A stretch of DNA of 64,000 nucleotides from the human T2T-CHM13v2.0 reference genome, Homo sapiens, in the NCBI RefSeq assembly GCF_009914755.1, contig NC_060936.1; one strand, 5' to 3'. Of this stretch, positions 26,190 to 39,209 are shown piece by piece. The stretch's first letter is position 1. Each line of letters opens with the position of its first letter. A program made the position numbers and the translations under genes. A model generated the notes under the pieces. The model did not search any database and had not been told where the DNA came from. It saw only the letters and a list, made by a program, of their open reading frames with translations.

Positions 26190-26725
26190 TCAGCATTCAA
26201 AAAACTGGCAGAAGGGTCAAAACTGAACAATTCAATGCTTCAGTTTAAGGGAAACGTTTAACTGCAGGTTAAATAGAACAGATCTGACTAAGCAACAGTT
26301 CTTGGGGAAAAAAGACAAAGAGTTTTAGTTACCTGCAAATTCCATATGAACTAGAAGCAACGGGGCTTGTAGAATAAAGTATGCATTCACAACCATCCAG
26401 CACTGTAATTTCAAAGCTAAATAAGACCAAGCCTGGCTTAATTAATATTTTTGAGTGAACGAACAAAGGAACAATTTAATAAATGAGATAACTAAAAAGT
26501 AATTTTAAGGTTTTACTAGGCAAAACTGGTCAAAGAGTTTTATCAAGTATTTCTTCACAATTGTAGCTGTAAATATTTGATAGGTTGCTTTATAAAGTAG
26601 TAAACTCCACAAAGTTGGCCTTATAAAAGTAAATGGTGCCCTACCTTACAAAGAAGCTTTGAATTGCACAAGGGAATTGGGCCGGATGACTTCCAATGCT
26701 CTCTCCATCTTAGGATTCTCTTGAA
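26190..26725 (+). mobile_element. L3/CR1 fragments
   Basis: agcaacagttcttggggaaaaaagac...gttttagtt; 3' end ggccggatgacttccaatgctctctccatcttaggattct. Confidence 0.55.
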
Positions 26726-27541
26726 ATATTTTTCACCGAGAGATGGTAGAGATGACATCCACAAAAGAAGGGATTTCTTTTTCCAGACCAGAAGGGAATC
26801 TGGTGAGCACTCTTCTTCACCCTAGGACAAAAAGAAAGGGAGAGAGAGAGAGAAAAAAAAATATATGGGTTAAGTTACAATGACCTAGATAAAATCCTAG
26901 CTCTTCCACCATAGAATTGTAAACTTTGAACCTGTTAGTTATCTCTCTAAGTAAGTCCAGGTCTTCTCATCTATAAATTGGGAATAATATTATTCCTAGA
27001 CAAGATGGTGTCCTGGCAGAAGAAGATAAAGAATATAGCATCTAGTATTAACTAAATGTGCAACGGCTAGTGTTCGAGGTGAAATCTATGTGTTCAAGCA
27101 TAGGTCATGGCTGAGTGAGTCCCTGGGGGGCAGTTATTTGTCTCTTGTCCTGCCCTTCTGGAAAAAAATGCATCAAATTGCATTTATTTTGTATGTTGTA
27201 CATCCTATTATAGATATTTCTTTCTTTCTAAGATTGGCTTAGCTTTTCTCATTTGCCTCCTATAAAGGCCTTGATCTTTAAAACATAAACACACACAAAG
27301 AGACAGAGAGAAAGAGACAGGTAGAGAGAGAGAGAGAGATTTTTTGAAACCCTGAAGTTAATTTTATTTTGGAAATAGATGTGCTCACCAAGTCAAGCCA
27401 GTCACAGATAAGCATTTCCCTCAATCATTTACAATTAAAATTTCCTCAAAACTAAGATTCAGACTATATTTGCAAGGTTGCAAAGATACGGTTTCTCTTG
27501 GGCACACAGATTTTGCAACTCAGCAAGCTTCAGAGGAATAC

Positions 27542-27626
27542 CTGAAAGTTAATCACACCTTGGATATACTTTTGCATTTCCTTTGCATGAGCAGTACATT
27601 TTGAAAAACAAGAATCAGCATATTTG
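27542..27626 (-). other. Candidate internal exon (85 nt)
   Basis: Minus strand: acattttgtattttacctAG|CAAATAT...TTTCAG|GTATTC. Acceptor good, donor weak. Confidence 0.2.
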
Positions 27627-28295
27627 CTAGGTAAAATACAAAATGTTTTTAAAATATAGTTTCTGTTAAACATCTCACAAGTCCTTCTGAGATCATTTTC
27701 AGAGTGATGAACTCCTCTTAAGACAGAAATATAGTAAGTTGTCTCCAGAAGAGAATAACTAAATTTCATGTACATTGACACAGAGAGCCACAGAGGGGAA
27801 GATAAACAATATCGCTATCATGCTAAGCAACTGCATGGATCAACACTCCCTTCAACTCTCCTCTCATTACTGAGAGACTGTTTTTGCTGTGAAAGTGCAC
27901 ACCGTTCTGAAATTCCAGGTAAATGGAATCAGCTGTCATGGCAGAAATAAAGGACAAGGAAATTGACGTTTGTTGGCACTGTGCAAAGCACTGTGTTTTC
28001 TAATTTAATCCTCAGGACAAATCGATGAGGTAAGTTGCATTGGCCTCATTGTAAAGATAAGTTATTTGAGGGCTGCTGAGGTTAAGTGACTTTTTCAAAC
28101 CAGGCTGACTTTTCAACTCACTGTGACTTTTCTTACTCACTGTGGTGAATAAGCATAAGAAAATATTCATCCTTAGATTCATTACTGATTTTTTTTCCTG
28201 CCGTTGAAATAATTATTTTACTTTGCATCGAACATCTTTGAGTCTATTGTCAGGTATTTCTCATCCACATTTTTATTTTAAAATCGGGGCTAATG

Positions 28296-28845
28296 CAATT
28301 CCATTCCTAGATATTTTCTTAAAGAATTGAAAACAGATACTCAAATAAGTAAATGTAACTCATGCTCACAGCAGCACAATTCACGATTGCCAAAAGGTAG
28401 AAACAGCCTTAATGTTCATCAACAGATGAATAGATAAACCGACTGTGGGACATATATATATTCTGTTGTGTATATATCTACAAAATAGAATAATATTCAG
28501 CCATAAAAAGAAATGAAGTACTGATAACATGCTACGATATGGCTATATCTACAAAACATGTTGAATGAAAGAAGCGAAACACAAAACATCACGTATTGTA
28601 TGATTCCATGTATGTGAAATACTGTATCCAGAATTGATAAATCTATAGAAACAGAATGCAGATTGACAGTGGTCAGGGCTGTGGAGGAAGGGGTAACAAG
28701 AAAAAACGCTTGATGGGTAATGGACTTTACTTTGGGGTGATGGAAATGTTTTGGAACTAGATAGAAGTAGGTGATGGTTACACTGAGTTGTCGACCTTAA
28801 AATGATTGATTTTATGTTTTATAAATTTCATCTCAGTGAAATTTA
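28296..28845 (+). mobile_element. L1MB 3' end
   Basis: aatgttcatcaacagatgaatagataaa, ccataaaaagaaatgaagtactgata, ttggggtgatggaaatgttttggaactagatag. Confidence 0.88.
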
Positions 28846-28914
28846 AATCAATTATAAATTGATCTTTTAAAGTCAGAACTAATGACCTTTCATCCAAGAT
28901 TGCTGCTGAGGGCT

Positions 28915-29211
28915 CTTCTGTTTTTTCTTTTCTAGATGGAGTCTTACTCTGCCGCCCACGCTGGAGTGCAGGAGCGATCTCGGCTCACTGCAACCTCCGC
29001 CTCCGGGATTCAGGCGATTCTCCTGCCTCAGGCTCCCTAGCAGCTGGGATTCCAGGTGTGCGGCACAGTGCCCGGCTAATTTTTGTATTTTTAGTAGAGA
29101 TAGAATTTCGCCACGTTGGCCAGCCTGGTATTGAACTCCTGACCACAGGTGATCCATCCGCTCAGCCTCCCAAAGTGCTGAGATTACAGGAGTGAACCAC
29201 CGCGCCCAGCA
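28915..29211 (-). mobile_element. AluS (Sx-like), CpG-retaining
   Basis: Full antisense Alu; TSD gctgagggc on both sides; ~14 CpGs. Confidence 0.93.
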
Positions 29212-29295
29212 GCTGAGGGCATTTTCTTTGTTGAGGAAAGTAATAGTGATGATCAGATTTGTAATTTTCCTGTATTAAATGCCTAGAACTCTACA

Positions 29296-29314
29296 GTCAA
29301 CAGATGGCGCTCTA
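29296..29314 (+). promoter_or_regulatory. CTCF core motif
   Basis: GTCAACAGATGGCGCTCTA closely matches the CCAC(C/T)AG(A/G)(G/T)GGCGC consensus; its CpG is retained. Confidence 0.6.
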
Positions 29315-29540
29315 GTTCCAATTGTTACAGAAGTTCTCTGCCCATCCGCAAGCAAAGCGTTGTTTTCATCAGTGAAAAGAGAATAAACACTGTGCTTTAA
29401 CTTTTTTACGTAGCTAAAGAAAATAAATAAAGCGTCTTAATTCCTTTCAGAGATTACTTTCAACTCAATTATGAAGTTAATATTAGACAGCGACTTTTAG
29501 AACAGAAGTCATACTTGAAAATATTATGCATATCAAAACA

Positions 29541-29790
29541 GCAGATAGAGTTTTAAAAAGCAAGAGTTTTACAAGCAGATAGACCTGGATTCTAATTTAA
29601 ACCCTACCATTTTCTCACTGTGCGTCCTTGAGCAATTTGCTGAAACTCTTTGAATCTCAGTTTCCTCTTCTGCAAAATTTTGACAATAATACCTACTTCT
29701 GAAGGTAGTTTTGACAATTAGAAATAATGTCACATGCTTTGCAAAACATTTAGTATGTAGTAACTACTCAGAAAGATATAGCTATTCTAA
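29541..29790 (+). mobile_element. MIR SINE
   Basis: agacctggattct, ctgtgcgtccttgagcaa, tctcagtttcctcttctgcaaaa, aataatacctac. Confidence 0.8.
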
Positions 29791-29959
29791 TTAGTGACAG
29801 AGAACATACAAACATACAGGTAGGATTTCTCTGCCTTAGATCATATGTGTTTAAATGAGTTTGAAGCATCAGAGATCTAGTTGTAAATTCTGAGTAAGCT
29901 GAAAGTGTTATACGGTTATGCTTTCTCTAAACCAATCATTGAAGTGATGCCATATTAAT

Positions 29960-31100
29960 ATGGCAGAAAGTTTGTAATATATTTTTAGGTAGAGAGAAAA
30001 AAACAGATTATAAAATGGTAATATAGTGTCATCCCAATTTTGTTTAAAAACAGTATACATCTAGTAAGATATAAACCAAAATGTTAAGGTTAGTTATCAC
30101 TGGTTTATGAGACTATAGTTTATTTCTATATTTTTAACACTTTTCTGCATTTTTAATATTTTCTATAATAAATAAGTATTCATTTTTCATGACAAAAAGA
30201 AATGTCATGTAATAATATGAAGTCAAACATATATCAAATATTGATACTGCAAAAGTTTTCTTTTGTGAACCAGTTGAATCCATAGAAGGACCGCTCTCAG
30301 AGCTCAAACACAGTGCTCCAGGGTGCTACCTGCTGCTTAGAATTCTCCATAGGAGAAACGAGAAAAAGAAAAACCAAGCCCAGTTATGCTTCTCTGTGCC
30401 AGTTTTTCAAGCCAGCATATATAGAAGTATCTAGAAGATATACAAATGATTAGGAAACAGGAAGTTCAGCCAGCCACATTATTTAGGATCATGTCAAATA
30501 CATCCCTAAAAATTAAAAAGTAATAATGATTTCCGTATTTCTTATTAATCTTAATTCGTGAGACAAGGCCTTTGTATCAATTCATAATAAATTTAGGAGT
30601 ATTCGTGAAAAATTTTAAATACAATATATACTTTGACCAGCAACCCCACTTCATGGACACTGACCTACAGAAAGACACATTTGTGTACCAAGTTTCATGG
30701 CCAAGAATTGTACAGGAAAACATTGTAAGAACAAAGATTTCCACTAAAGGGGAAATGATTTTAACATTATGAGACATTTATACTATGTAATGCTATCCAT
30801 CTGCCAAACAGAATGCTATAGACTTCTACATATGGACATGGAATGATCTCCTACACGTATTAACTGTAAGAAAAATAAGCAAATTCAAGAACTATTTCCC
30901 AAAGAAACCCCTTTTATGTTTTAATAAATCTATATGTGTGTATAGATTTGTATATTTATATATGTAAATACATAGAAATATTGAAAAGGTCTAGAAAGAT
31001 ACATACCCAGTTATTAACAATGACTATGTCTAGGAAAGGTCGTTTTTAAAACTTTATATTTTCTGAATTGTTTTAATTCCTTCATACACACACATTTCCA
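29960..31100 (+). mobile_element. L1ME fragments
   Basis: atcccaattttgtttaaaaa, accaaaatgttaa, ctttgaccagcaaccccact, acatggaatgatctcc, ggtctagaaagatacatacc. Confidence 0.6.
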
Positions 31101-31204
31101 TTTATAAACTTGAATTCAGTTGAACTCTTGGCAGGGATGGAAGACATGGTGTCCATCTAGCCACAGAGACATAACTGATAGCTCAGACTGGTAGGAGAAT
31201 CAAT

Positions 31205-31325
31205 TAACGCACTCATTCAACAAACATTTATTGAATATTTACAAGATGCCAAGCCTATGCTAGAAACTGTAGGTGCAAAAATGAAAATAGTAAAACATTG
31301 TCTCTGTCTTCAAATTTTCCACGAA
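31205..31325 (-). mobile_element. L2 3' end
   Basis: actcattcaacaaacatttattga. Confidence 0.75.
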
Positions 31326-31574
31326 GGTATACATACCTCATTAAAAAAATCTGGATTTTCACTTGTTCTTTATCTTATATGTTTTTTATAAAGTTAGTAG
31401 AAACAACGGTTTCTTAGTGTTGCAGAAAACGCAGTAATGAATCATTAACAATGAATCATTAACAATGAATCAACAGTGGCTCGAGGAAACATCTTTATGA
31501 CTTACATCATTAAGATTTGAAGAATTGATTCTGCTCCCACCTCCTAACATATACCCTTCTACCCCTAAGCTCAC

Positions 31575-31865
31575 GGTTGATGCCAAAATCTCTTTATTGT
31601 GAGTTACACGGAGACAGGAGCAGCGACGCAAGCTACGTGAAGTCTACTAAATCCACTGTTGCCCTCTCGGTAAACCAGTATGAATGCAGCAACAGGAAGG
31701 ACCACAAGATGGCAGACTGGAAACGAGTCATGGAGCCTACAGCAGGCGATGAGGTGCTACAGCCAGTGGAATCCCGTAGCCCTGGCATCTGAAGAGAGAC
31801 TGGGAAGGGCTTTATAGATCTGTTGAACGGAGGGATCAGAGCGAAGAACAATTTTGGCACCACTC
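31575..31865 (-). other. CpG-retaining LTR-like or mini-gene-like unit (TATA or acceptor, sORF, AATAAA)
   Basis: Minus TATAAA 31816-31811; CAG acceptor 31791-31789; AATAAA 31598-31593; ~11 CpGs; YY1-type CAAGATGGC 31705-31713. Confidence 0.4.
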
Positions 31866-32269
31866 TAGTGCTTGCTCACATCTCTTAGTGTTCTATTTAG
31901 TTGTTTTTACCATCTAAAAAACAAACCATGTTCATCTCTTCTTCCCACCCCAAATAGATAGTCATACTCATCAAAATCAATCATAGCTTTCTATTTTAGT
32001 ATGATTGAGTAGCAGAATTTTTAAATTGGACAGGATCTCCCCAAATTTGAGGATGAGGTGCTTCATGCATAGGGAGGAGGCAGAAAGATAGATAGGGACC
32101 TGGTGGGACAAAGAAGCACAAGTCCACATTGTCATAAGGAAAGGCTCTTTTCATGATGTATGGGGACTAGGGTTGAGAAATTATTTTCAGGAAGTTGTGT
32201 GAGTAAGGCCAAAACTGTAATTTTCCAGACTTTATACCTGTGCATGCAGAGACACATAGGTAAAGATGT

Positions 32270-32500
32270 TGAGTAATGTGAAAGTGTACATTGGTGCTGC
32301 TGTTCTTATTTAAGCAGATAAAGTATCTACATAACCTATGATCCAGCCATTTCATTCCTGGGCATATATCTCAAATAAATCCTCACACAGGCTTGCAAGC
32401 ATATATGCACAAAGATGACAGTGTGGTTTGTAGTGTCCAGCAACTGGAGGTAACCTGGGTGCTCATAATTGGGAGAGTAGATAAGTAAGTGGTGGCTTAC
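32270..32500 (+). mobile_element. L1M (MC/ME) fragment
   Basis: cctatgatccagccatttcattcctgggcatatatc. Confidence 0.6.
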
Positions 32501-32826
32501 AGATATTTACAGGATCATGCATAAAAGGGCAAATGGCCAAGCAGCACATATTTTGACCTGCCAACACGGTGTTGACCAGGATGGCTCTTGGAGACAGAAG
32601 GAGCAGACATCTGGGACCTCCAATATTGTCCTATCATACTCTGAGACAGTGCACAGCAATCTGGCAGGGCCAACTGTCTGACTCTAGGAAAAGGACATTG
32701 AACCTTGAGCTAGGAGGTTTGAAAGCTGTGATTGAGGTGGCATTGGCCTCTTTTGAAAAGCAAAATCCCAAAGTGTATTTTGAGAACATTGATAATTTGT
32801 TGTCAAGACAAGTTGCATAAAAAGCC

Positions 32827-33121
<295 letters not shown>

Positions 33122-33134
33122 GGCAAAAGTAGAA

Positions 33135-33990
33135 TAATTAATACTGTGTGGTATAGACACAGAGTCAAATTTATTGACCAGAACAGAATAGACATCAGGA
33201 AGAGAGTACACCTGTGAAAAACTAAATGCACAAAAATACAGAAGTCTGACATTGCCAGACATTGGTAAAGATTTGAATGAATGGATATTAATACACTTCT
33301 GATGGGAACACACATCAAATTAATCGCTTTGGAAAACAGTTTGACACCTTCATATCAAGTTAAATAGTTTACATGCAAAGACCAAGCAATTCCACTCTTA
33401 GGTACCCTAGAAACTAGAAGAATTGTTGGGCATGTATACCAAGAGAAATGAATAAAACATGTATCACAGTATCCTTCGTATCAGTAAAAATTGAAAAGAA
33501 AAAAAGAAAAACCTTCCAATTTCCAACAACAAGAGAGTGACTAAATGAATTATATTATAGAATAATTATGCAGTGGAATATTACACAACCTAAAAATGAA
33601 TGAACTAAAGCTACTCACAAGCATAGAAAGACATTTTAGAAACATAATGTGAAATGAAATAAGTCACAGAAGATGACATATAGCATGATACAAATAGAAT
33701 GTTCAAAATCAAGCAAAAGTATACAATGTTATTGTTGGGGAAACATTAACTAAAAAGAACTAAACTACTTCTAAAAATGTAAGAGAATGACAAGCATAAA
33801 ATTTAGGAGAGGAGTTAGTTACCTCTTAAAACGGAGGCACAGGCTGGGCTTGGGGACAATCACATTCCTGCAAGGGCTGACTGAGGTAAGATCAGTGATG
33901 GAGTCACAGATATGCCTTATATAACTTATGTAAATGTTATTGTGATTTTTATACATTAGTTATTACATTAAAAATGTTAACATATGTATT
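33135..33990 (+). mobile_element. L1ME fragments (ORF2 3' part and 3'UTR)
   Basis: actgtgtggtat...gaccagaacagaataga, ctttggaaaacagtttg, agcaattccactcttaggta, aaaaatgaatgaacta. Confidence 0.75.
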
Positions 33991-34949
33991 AAAAGTAAAA
34001 AATAAAATCCAGACATTAATGACAGGATGTATTCAGGCATGTTTAGCAGTTCACTTTTCTCCTGTATTTATTTCCTTTAATACTTCCTTAAATGTACAAG
34101 GGTTAAACATCATGCTCTTCAGATTCTTTCTCACAGGTATTCTGTCAAAGACGAACAGGGGTAGATTTGGAGAAAAAAAAGGAAAATCAAAGAACACTTC
34201 CGGGTACAATAGGGCCCTGAAGAAACAAGCTTTAATCTGTCACTATGGTAAAGGTGAACTTCAGATAGTAAAGAGAACTTCATTTTCTCTTTACATCACT
34301 TTGTCTGATTGAAAAATTCCACTTACATATGTTTTAGTCATTCAAACTAGCCCATCAATTTAAGGGTAAGTTATGAGGTCCTGCTATTTGTAAAATTTTA
34401 ACTTGCAACAGGATATCTCTGCTAGCCTACAGAGTAGAGCATGGGCAGATTTATGCATTATTGGTTTGTGTCTGCTGCCCATAATTTAACAAAACTTACT
34501 TAAAATTCTGAAGGACTACTGAACAAAATGTGCTTGTCTTTGGATAACATAAAATTTAAATTCTCATTTTAAGTATTTAGCCTATTGTTTTTTAATGTTT
34601 GACACCTTAGACCCTTGTAATTTTGCAAAGACTCGCATACATTTGGATCAAAAGCAATTCGGCTAACTTTTTATTTTGTATAATATCATTCTCAGCCATA
34701 TTTACTTCTTAAGTCATGTTTTTCCTGAATACCAGACTTCTTTAGTAGACGCTAAGGAATGAAAGCATGATATAAAGAACACAGGATTTAGAGTGTAAGG
34801 ACATGAGTTTAAGTCTGACTTACTAAATGGTTCAAGTTTCTTGGCCTTTCTGGGCTTCAATTTACTCATCTGGAAAATGAAGAAAATAATTGCATTAGTC
34901 AAGATTTTTTGTGTGTGCAATTCAATTCAATTTGTTTGTCAATTCAATT

Positions 34950-35428
34950 CAAGATCACTTAAAAAACAAATTCAGGAACTTCACATTGCTGGAAGTTCAG
35001 TAGTCAATGCAATTAGATCTAGAACATCATAAGTCTCTTTCCCCATCTCTATTTTCTGCCTCTCTCCAAATACTCACATTTTTATTCAAACAAACTCTCA
35101 TCATTTGGTGGGAAAAACTACTTCTAATTGACCTAGAGTCACATTCTTCCAGTTCAGCCAATTCAGGAGGATTTTTTTTTTTTTTAAAAAGGATAATTCT
35201 CTCACCCAACATCAGATTGATCATTTTAATGCTCATTTCTAAGCCAATTACTGCTCCAAGAACTATAGGCTGTTATAACTGGTCTACCTGAGCTCACATG
35301 CTCACCCCTGAGAACAAAGCAGTAGATATACTAATTGACAGACTCACCAGGGCCACTCGTTTTGGACAAGAACAGATCCCCACAGCAGGCAGAAGTGATG
35401 TAGAGCTGAAACTCAATTTTCCACTACA
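34950..35428 (-). mobile_element. MLT1K-like LTR (a MIR precedes it at ~34760-34920)
   Basis: gccaattactg, tcacatgctcacccctg; ends ccactaca. Confidence 0.55.
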
Positions 35429-36146
35429 GTAGTAATTTCTCTAGCTAGAGTGTTACAATGACTGAAAATTTGGGACACAGCACTTTTTATATTGTAGAAT
35501 ACATTACATCTTTGGTTAAGGTGATTTTTTAATTTAAAAAAGTATGAAAATATTCAAAGAGAGAACATAAGATCCTATTAAAGTAAGGCATCTGTTCAAA
35601 ACAAGTCATTTATTGTGTAAGATTAGACAAAAGGCTATATATTTACAAAGCAAATTATATAAAAATGAAGGAAATAAATATTAGTTTTATGTTTAATATA
35701 GATTTTTTTGAGAAATAAAAGTCATCATAAAATCTCCAGTGACTTTAAGTGCCCACAATAAACTAAATGTCTAATTTTCTATCGAGAACTAAATGTGCTC
35801 AGGGGTGTGAACATGTCATGATTGCTTAGCTTAATGGGTGGGAAGTAAATGCACTCTTAACTAGAGGGAAAATTTTTTCTAAAGATCATTGCAACATTTA
35901 TAGAACTACACACAATTTTATAAAATTGAATGGTTGGAAGTAACCTGCAAAGTTCATCATCTTTGCTATGGCTTTAGAATGACAATCAATGAAATATTAA
36001 AAACTATTTTGAAATAGATTTTTTAAATGTCTTCCAGGGAGACCCTCTCTGGGGAACCTATGTTTCATACAATAAATCGAACTCCATCTTCACCTCTTCC
36101 CTTCCAGTAGCCAGGAAATAATTGGATTACACTACAGCTCCCAGGG

Positions 36147-36326
36147 CAGTGGTTCTCAAACTGGATTATTCATCAGAATCACTTGGGAAACTTCATAAAA
36201 TATAGACTTCCAGTCCTACTCTAGACATACCGAACCAGGGTCCAGGAATCAGTCCTTTTTAAAAGCCTCCCTAAAGTGTCAGTCTGGAGCTACTTTGATC
36301 TATGCACTGGCTTTGGGGAATCACAG
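36147..36326. mobile_element. MER5A hAT-Charlie MITE
   Basis: cagtggttctcaaact...catcagaatcacttggg...ccaggaatc...tttggggaatcacag. Confidence 0.8.
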
Positions 36327-36347
36327 AGTTTAGGACTCTAAATAATA

Positions 36348-36348
36348 A

Positions 36349-36405
<57 letters not shown>
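36348..36405. repeat. (TA)n(CA)n microsatellite at the L1 tail
   Basis: Direct read. Confidence 0.9.
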
Positions 36406-36407
36406 TA

Positions 36408-36995
36408 TTATTCAAGGGATATATATGCAGGTTTGTTACATGGGTATACTGCATGATGCTGAGGTTTGCGACATGAATTGTCCCATCATCTTGGTAATGA
36501 GCATAGTACCCAATAAGTAGTTTTTCAGTCCATGCCCTGCTCTACCCCTCCCCATTCTAGTAGTCCCTAGTGTGTACTGTTCTTATCTTTATGTCCACGT
36601 GTATTCAGTGTTTAGCTCCACTTATCAACGAGAACATGTGGTATTTGGTTTTCTGTTCCTGCATTAGTTCACTTAGGATACTGGCCTCCAGCTGCATCCG
36701 TGTTGCTGCCAATGACCTGACTTCATTCTTTTTTATGGCTGCATAGTATTCCATGGTGTACACATCCACTTTTTCTTTATCCAATCCACCATTGATAGGC
36801 ACGTATATGGATTCTATGTCTTTGCTATTGTGAATAGCATTGTGATAAACATACAAATGCAGGCATCTTTTTGATAGAATAATTTATTTTCCTTTGGATT
36901 TATTCCCAGTAATTGCTTTGAGCACTATGGCCATTTTGAGGATATTGATTCTTCCAATTCATGAGCATGGAATATTTTTCCATTTCTTTGTGTTG
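36408..36995 (-). mobile_element. L1PA (about PA13-16) 3' end with an internal deletion junction at ~36915
   Basis: gcaggtttgttacatgggtata, gagaacatgtggtatttggttttctgttcctgc; then jumps to ORF2 sequence tatggccattt...gatattgattcttcc...catgagcatggaat. Confidence 0.9.
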
Positions 36996-37101
36996 TAGGA
37001 CTAAGGAGGTATTTGATCATGACTCTAAGATGTCATCGTCAAGAGAAATGTATCTCCTATTTTATCAGGTACTGGGAGAGAAACAAGCAAGCTGTTTTTA
37101 C

Positions 37102-37404
37102 TTTTCTTGTTTTTTCTTTGAGACAGGATCTCACTGTGTCATCCAGATTGGAGTGCAGTGGTGTGATCACAGCTCACTGCAGCCTCGATCTCCCAAGCTC
37201 AAGTGATCCTCCCACCTCAGCCTCATAAGTAGCTGGGACTAAAGGCATGTGCCACCACACCCAGCTATTTTTTTTTAATTTCTTCAGAAAAACGAAGTCT
37301 CACTATATTGCCTAGGCTGGTCTCAAACTCCTGACTTCAAGAAATCCTCCTGCCTCAGGCTCCCAAAGTGCTAGGATTACAGGCATGAACCACCACTCCC
37401 AGCT
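37102..37404 (-). mobile_element. AluJ
   Basis: gatcacagctcactgcagcctcga and ctcaagtgatcctcccacctcagcc are AluJ diagnostics. Confidence 0.93.
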
Positions 37405-38597
37405 ATGTTTTAATTTTTGAAGTTCTAACTATATGAAGGAAGTCTGTGACTCTCTCCATTTTCTAATTTTACCTTCAGAATATTGATGTTAATATTATGA
37501 ATATTGACTATTAAAATATTGATATTGGTATCCAATTCTAAAACCTCTACAGGCAATAAATTTTCTGTTACATGCTCTGGATGTTTGAAAGTGCTACAAA
37601 AAGAGATGGAATTATCAAGAAGAGACGAAACAATAAGTAGACAAGTTCCCCTCATTTCATAATAGAGAGAATTTCCTGAATTTATTAAGAGTGGTTCCAT
37701 CCTTTCTGAAAAGGTTATCAGTTCACATCCAAATGGGAAACTATCATGAAGTTATTAAGTACATGATGCTGAAGAATTTTAAAGAGATCAAGCCATGTAA
37801 AAGGTTTTTTATCCTGCTTTTCTCTGTTTGCAATACATTATAAACATTTTCCATGCAGTTATAATTCTTCATGTATACGTTGGAATGTACATGGCATATA
37901 TGCATATGCATATACATAATCTATATATAAATGCATCAAAATACTAGCATGTTAGCAATAGTGGGATTAAAAATAATTTTAACTTTATTCATTTTTGTGT
38001 TTTTCAACCTTTCTACAAAAATATATTAAAGAATTAAAGAAAAATACATGCTTTATAGCTTTTTAAAATAAAGAATAAAAAAAGCCTTTTTTCTCAAGGC
38101 TGGTAAAACAAAGCATAGAGTACCTTATACATAGAAAAATAAAGTATGAATCTTTACCTAATAGGGAAAGTTTCCAGGAGAAATTAGGAAGGACCACTTA
38201 CTATCTGTTTCTAATTGGAATTTATATCCAGAATCAGCCCCTATATTAATTCTCTTTTAGTAACTTTCTAATATTTCTAATGGGATGTATTACTTTATAA
38301 ACAAGAAAAACACGATTTTTAAAAACTTGAAATCACAACTTTTGCATTAAAAGGAACTGTTTCACACTGGATTATTCTGTTACTGGAGATGCAACACCGT
38401 TACCTCTTGCTCTTACTCTGTTATTGTATCTCTTGGTATGGTTCTTATATTTTGCTTTTTCTTTATTATGGAGTTCCTCTTTTTAGAATTTTGGCACAGT
38501 TTTACTGTGATCTGCTCCAGAATACAAATCTGTGCCCTACATTCAATAGTATCCATTCTCAGCAAAAGCCTAACCAGACAATCTCATAAGAGGATGA

Positions 38598-38987
<390 letters not shown>

Positions 38988-39178
38988 TAGAGATAGCACT
39001 TATTTCTGATAGCCAAGCAACAGCCTTAATATATCTAATCATGGCACTCAATGAGGTAATTGCTTTGAGTTCTACTACTGGAAACACTTCAATATGCAGA
39101 GATTCACTGAGTGCCTCAGGTAAGACATGACTGATGAGAAGTACTTATTACCACATCCAAATGGACGAGGTATGGTTT

Positions 39179-39209
39179 CATCATCATCATCACCATCACC
39201 ACCACCATC
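39179..39209. repeat. (CAT/CAC)n trinucleotide repeat
   Basis: Direct read. Confidence 0.85.

Noticed and set aside
36605-36856. ORF resembling the L1 ORF2p C-terminus (TMEYYAAIKKNE...KYHMFSLISG)
   Set aside because: Dead, truncated L1PA fragment, not a gene
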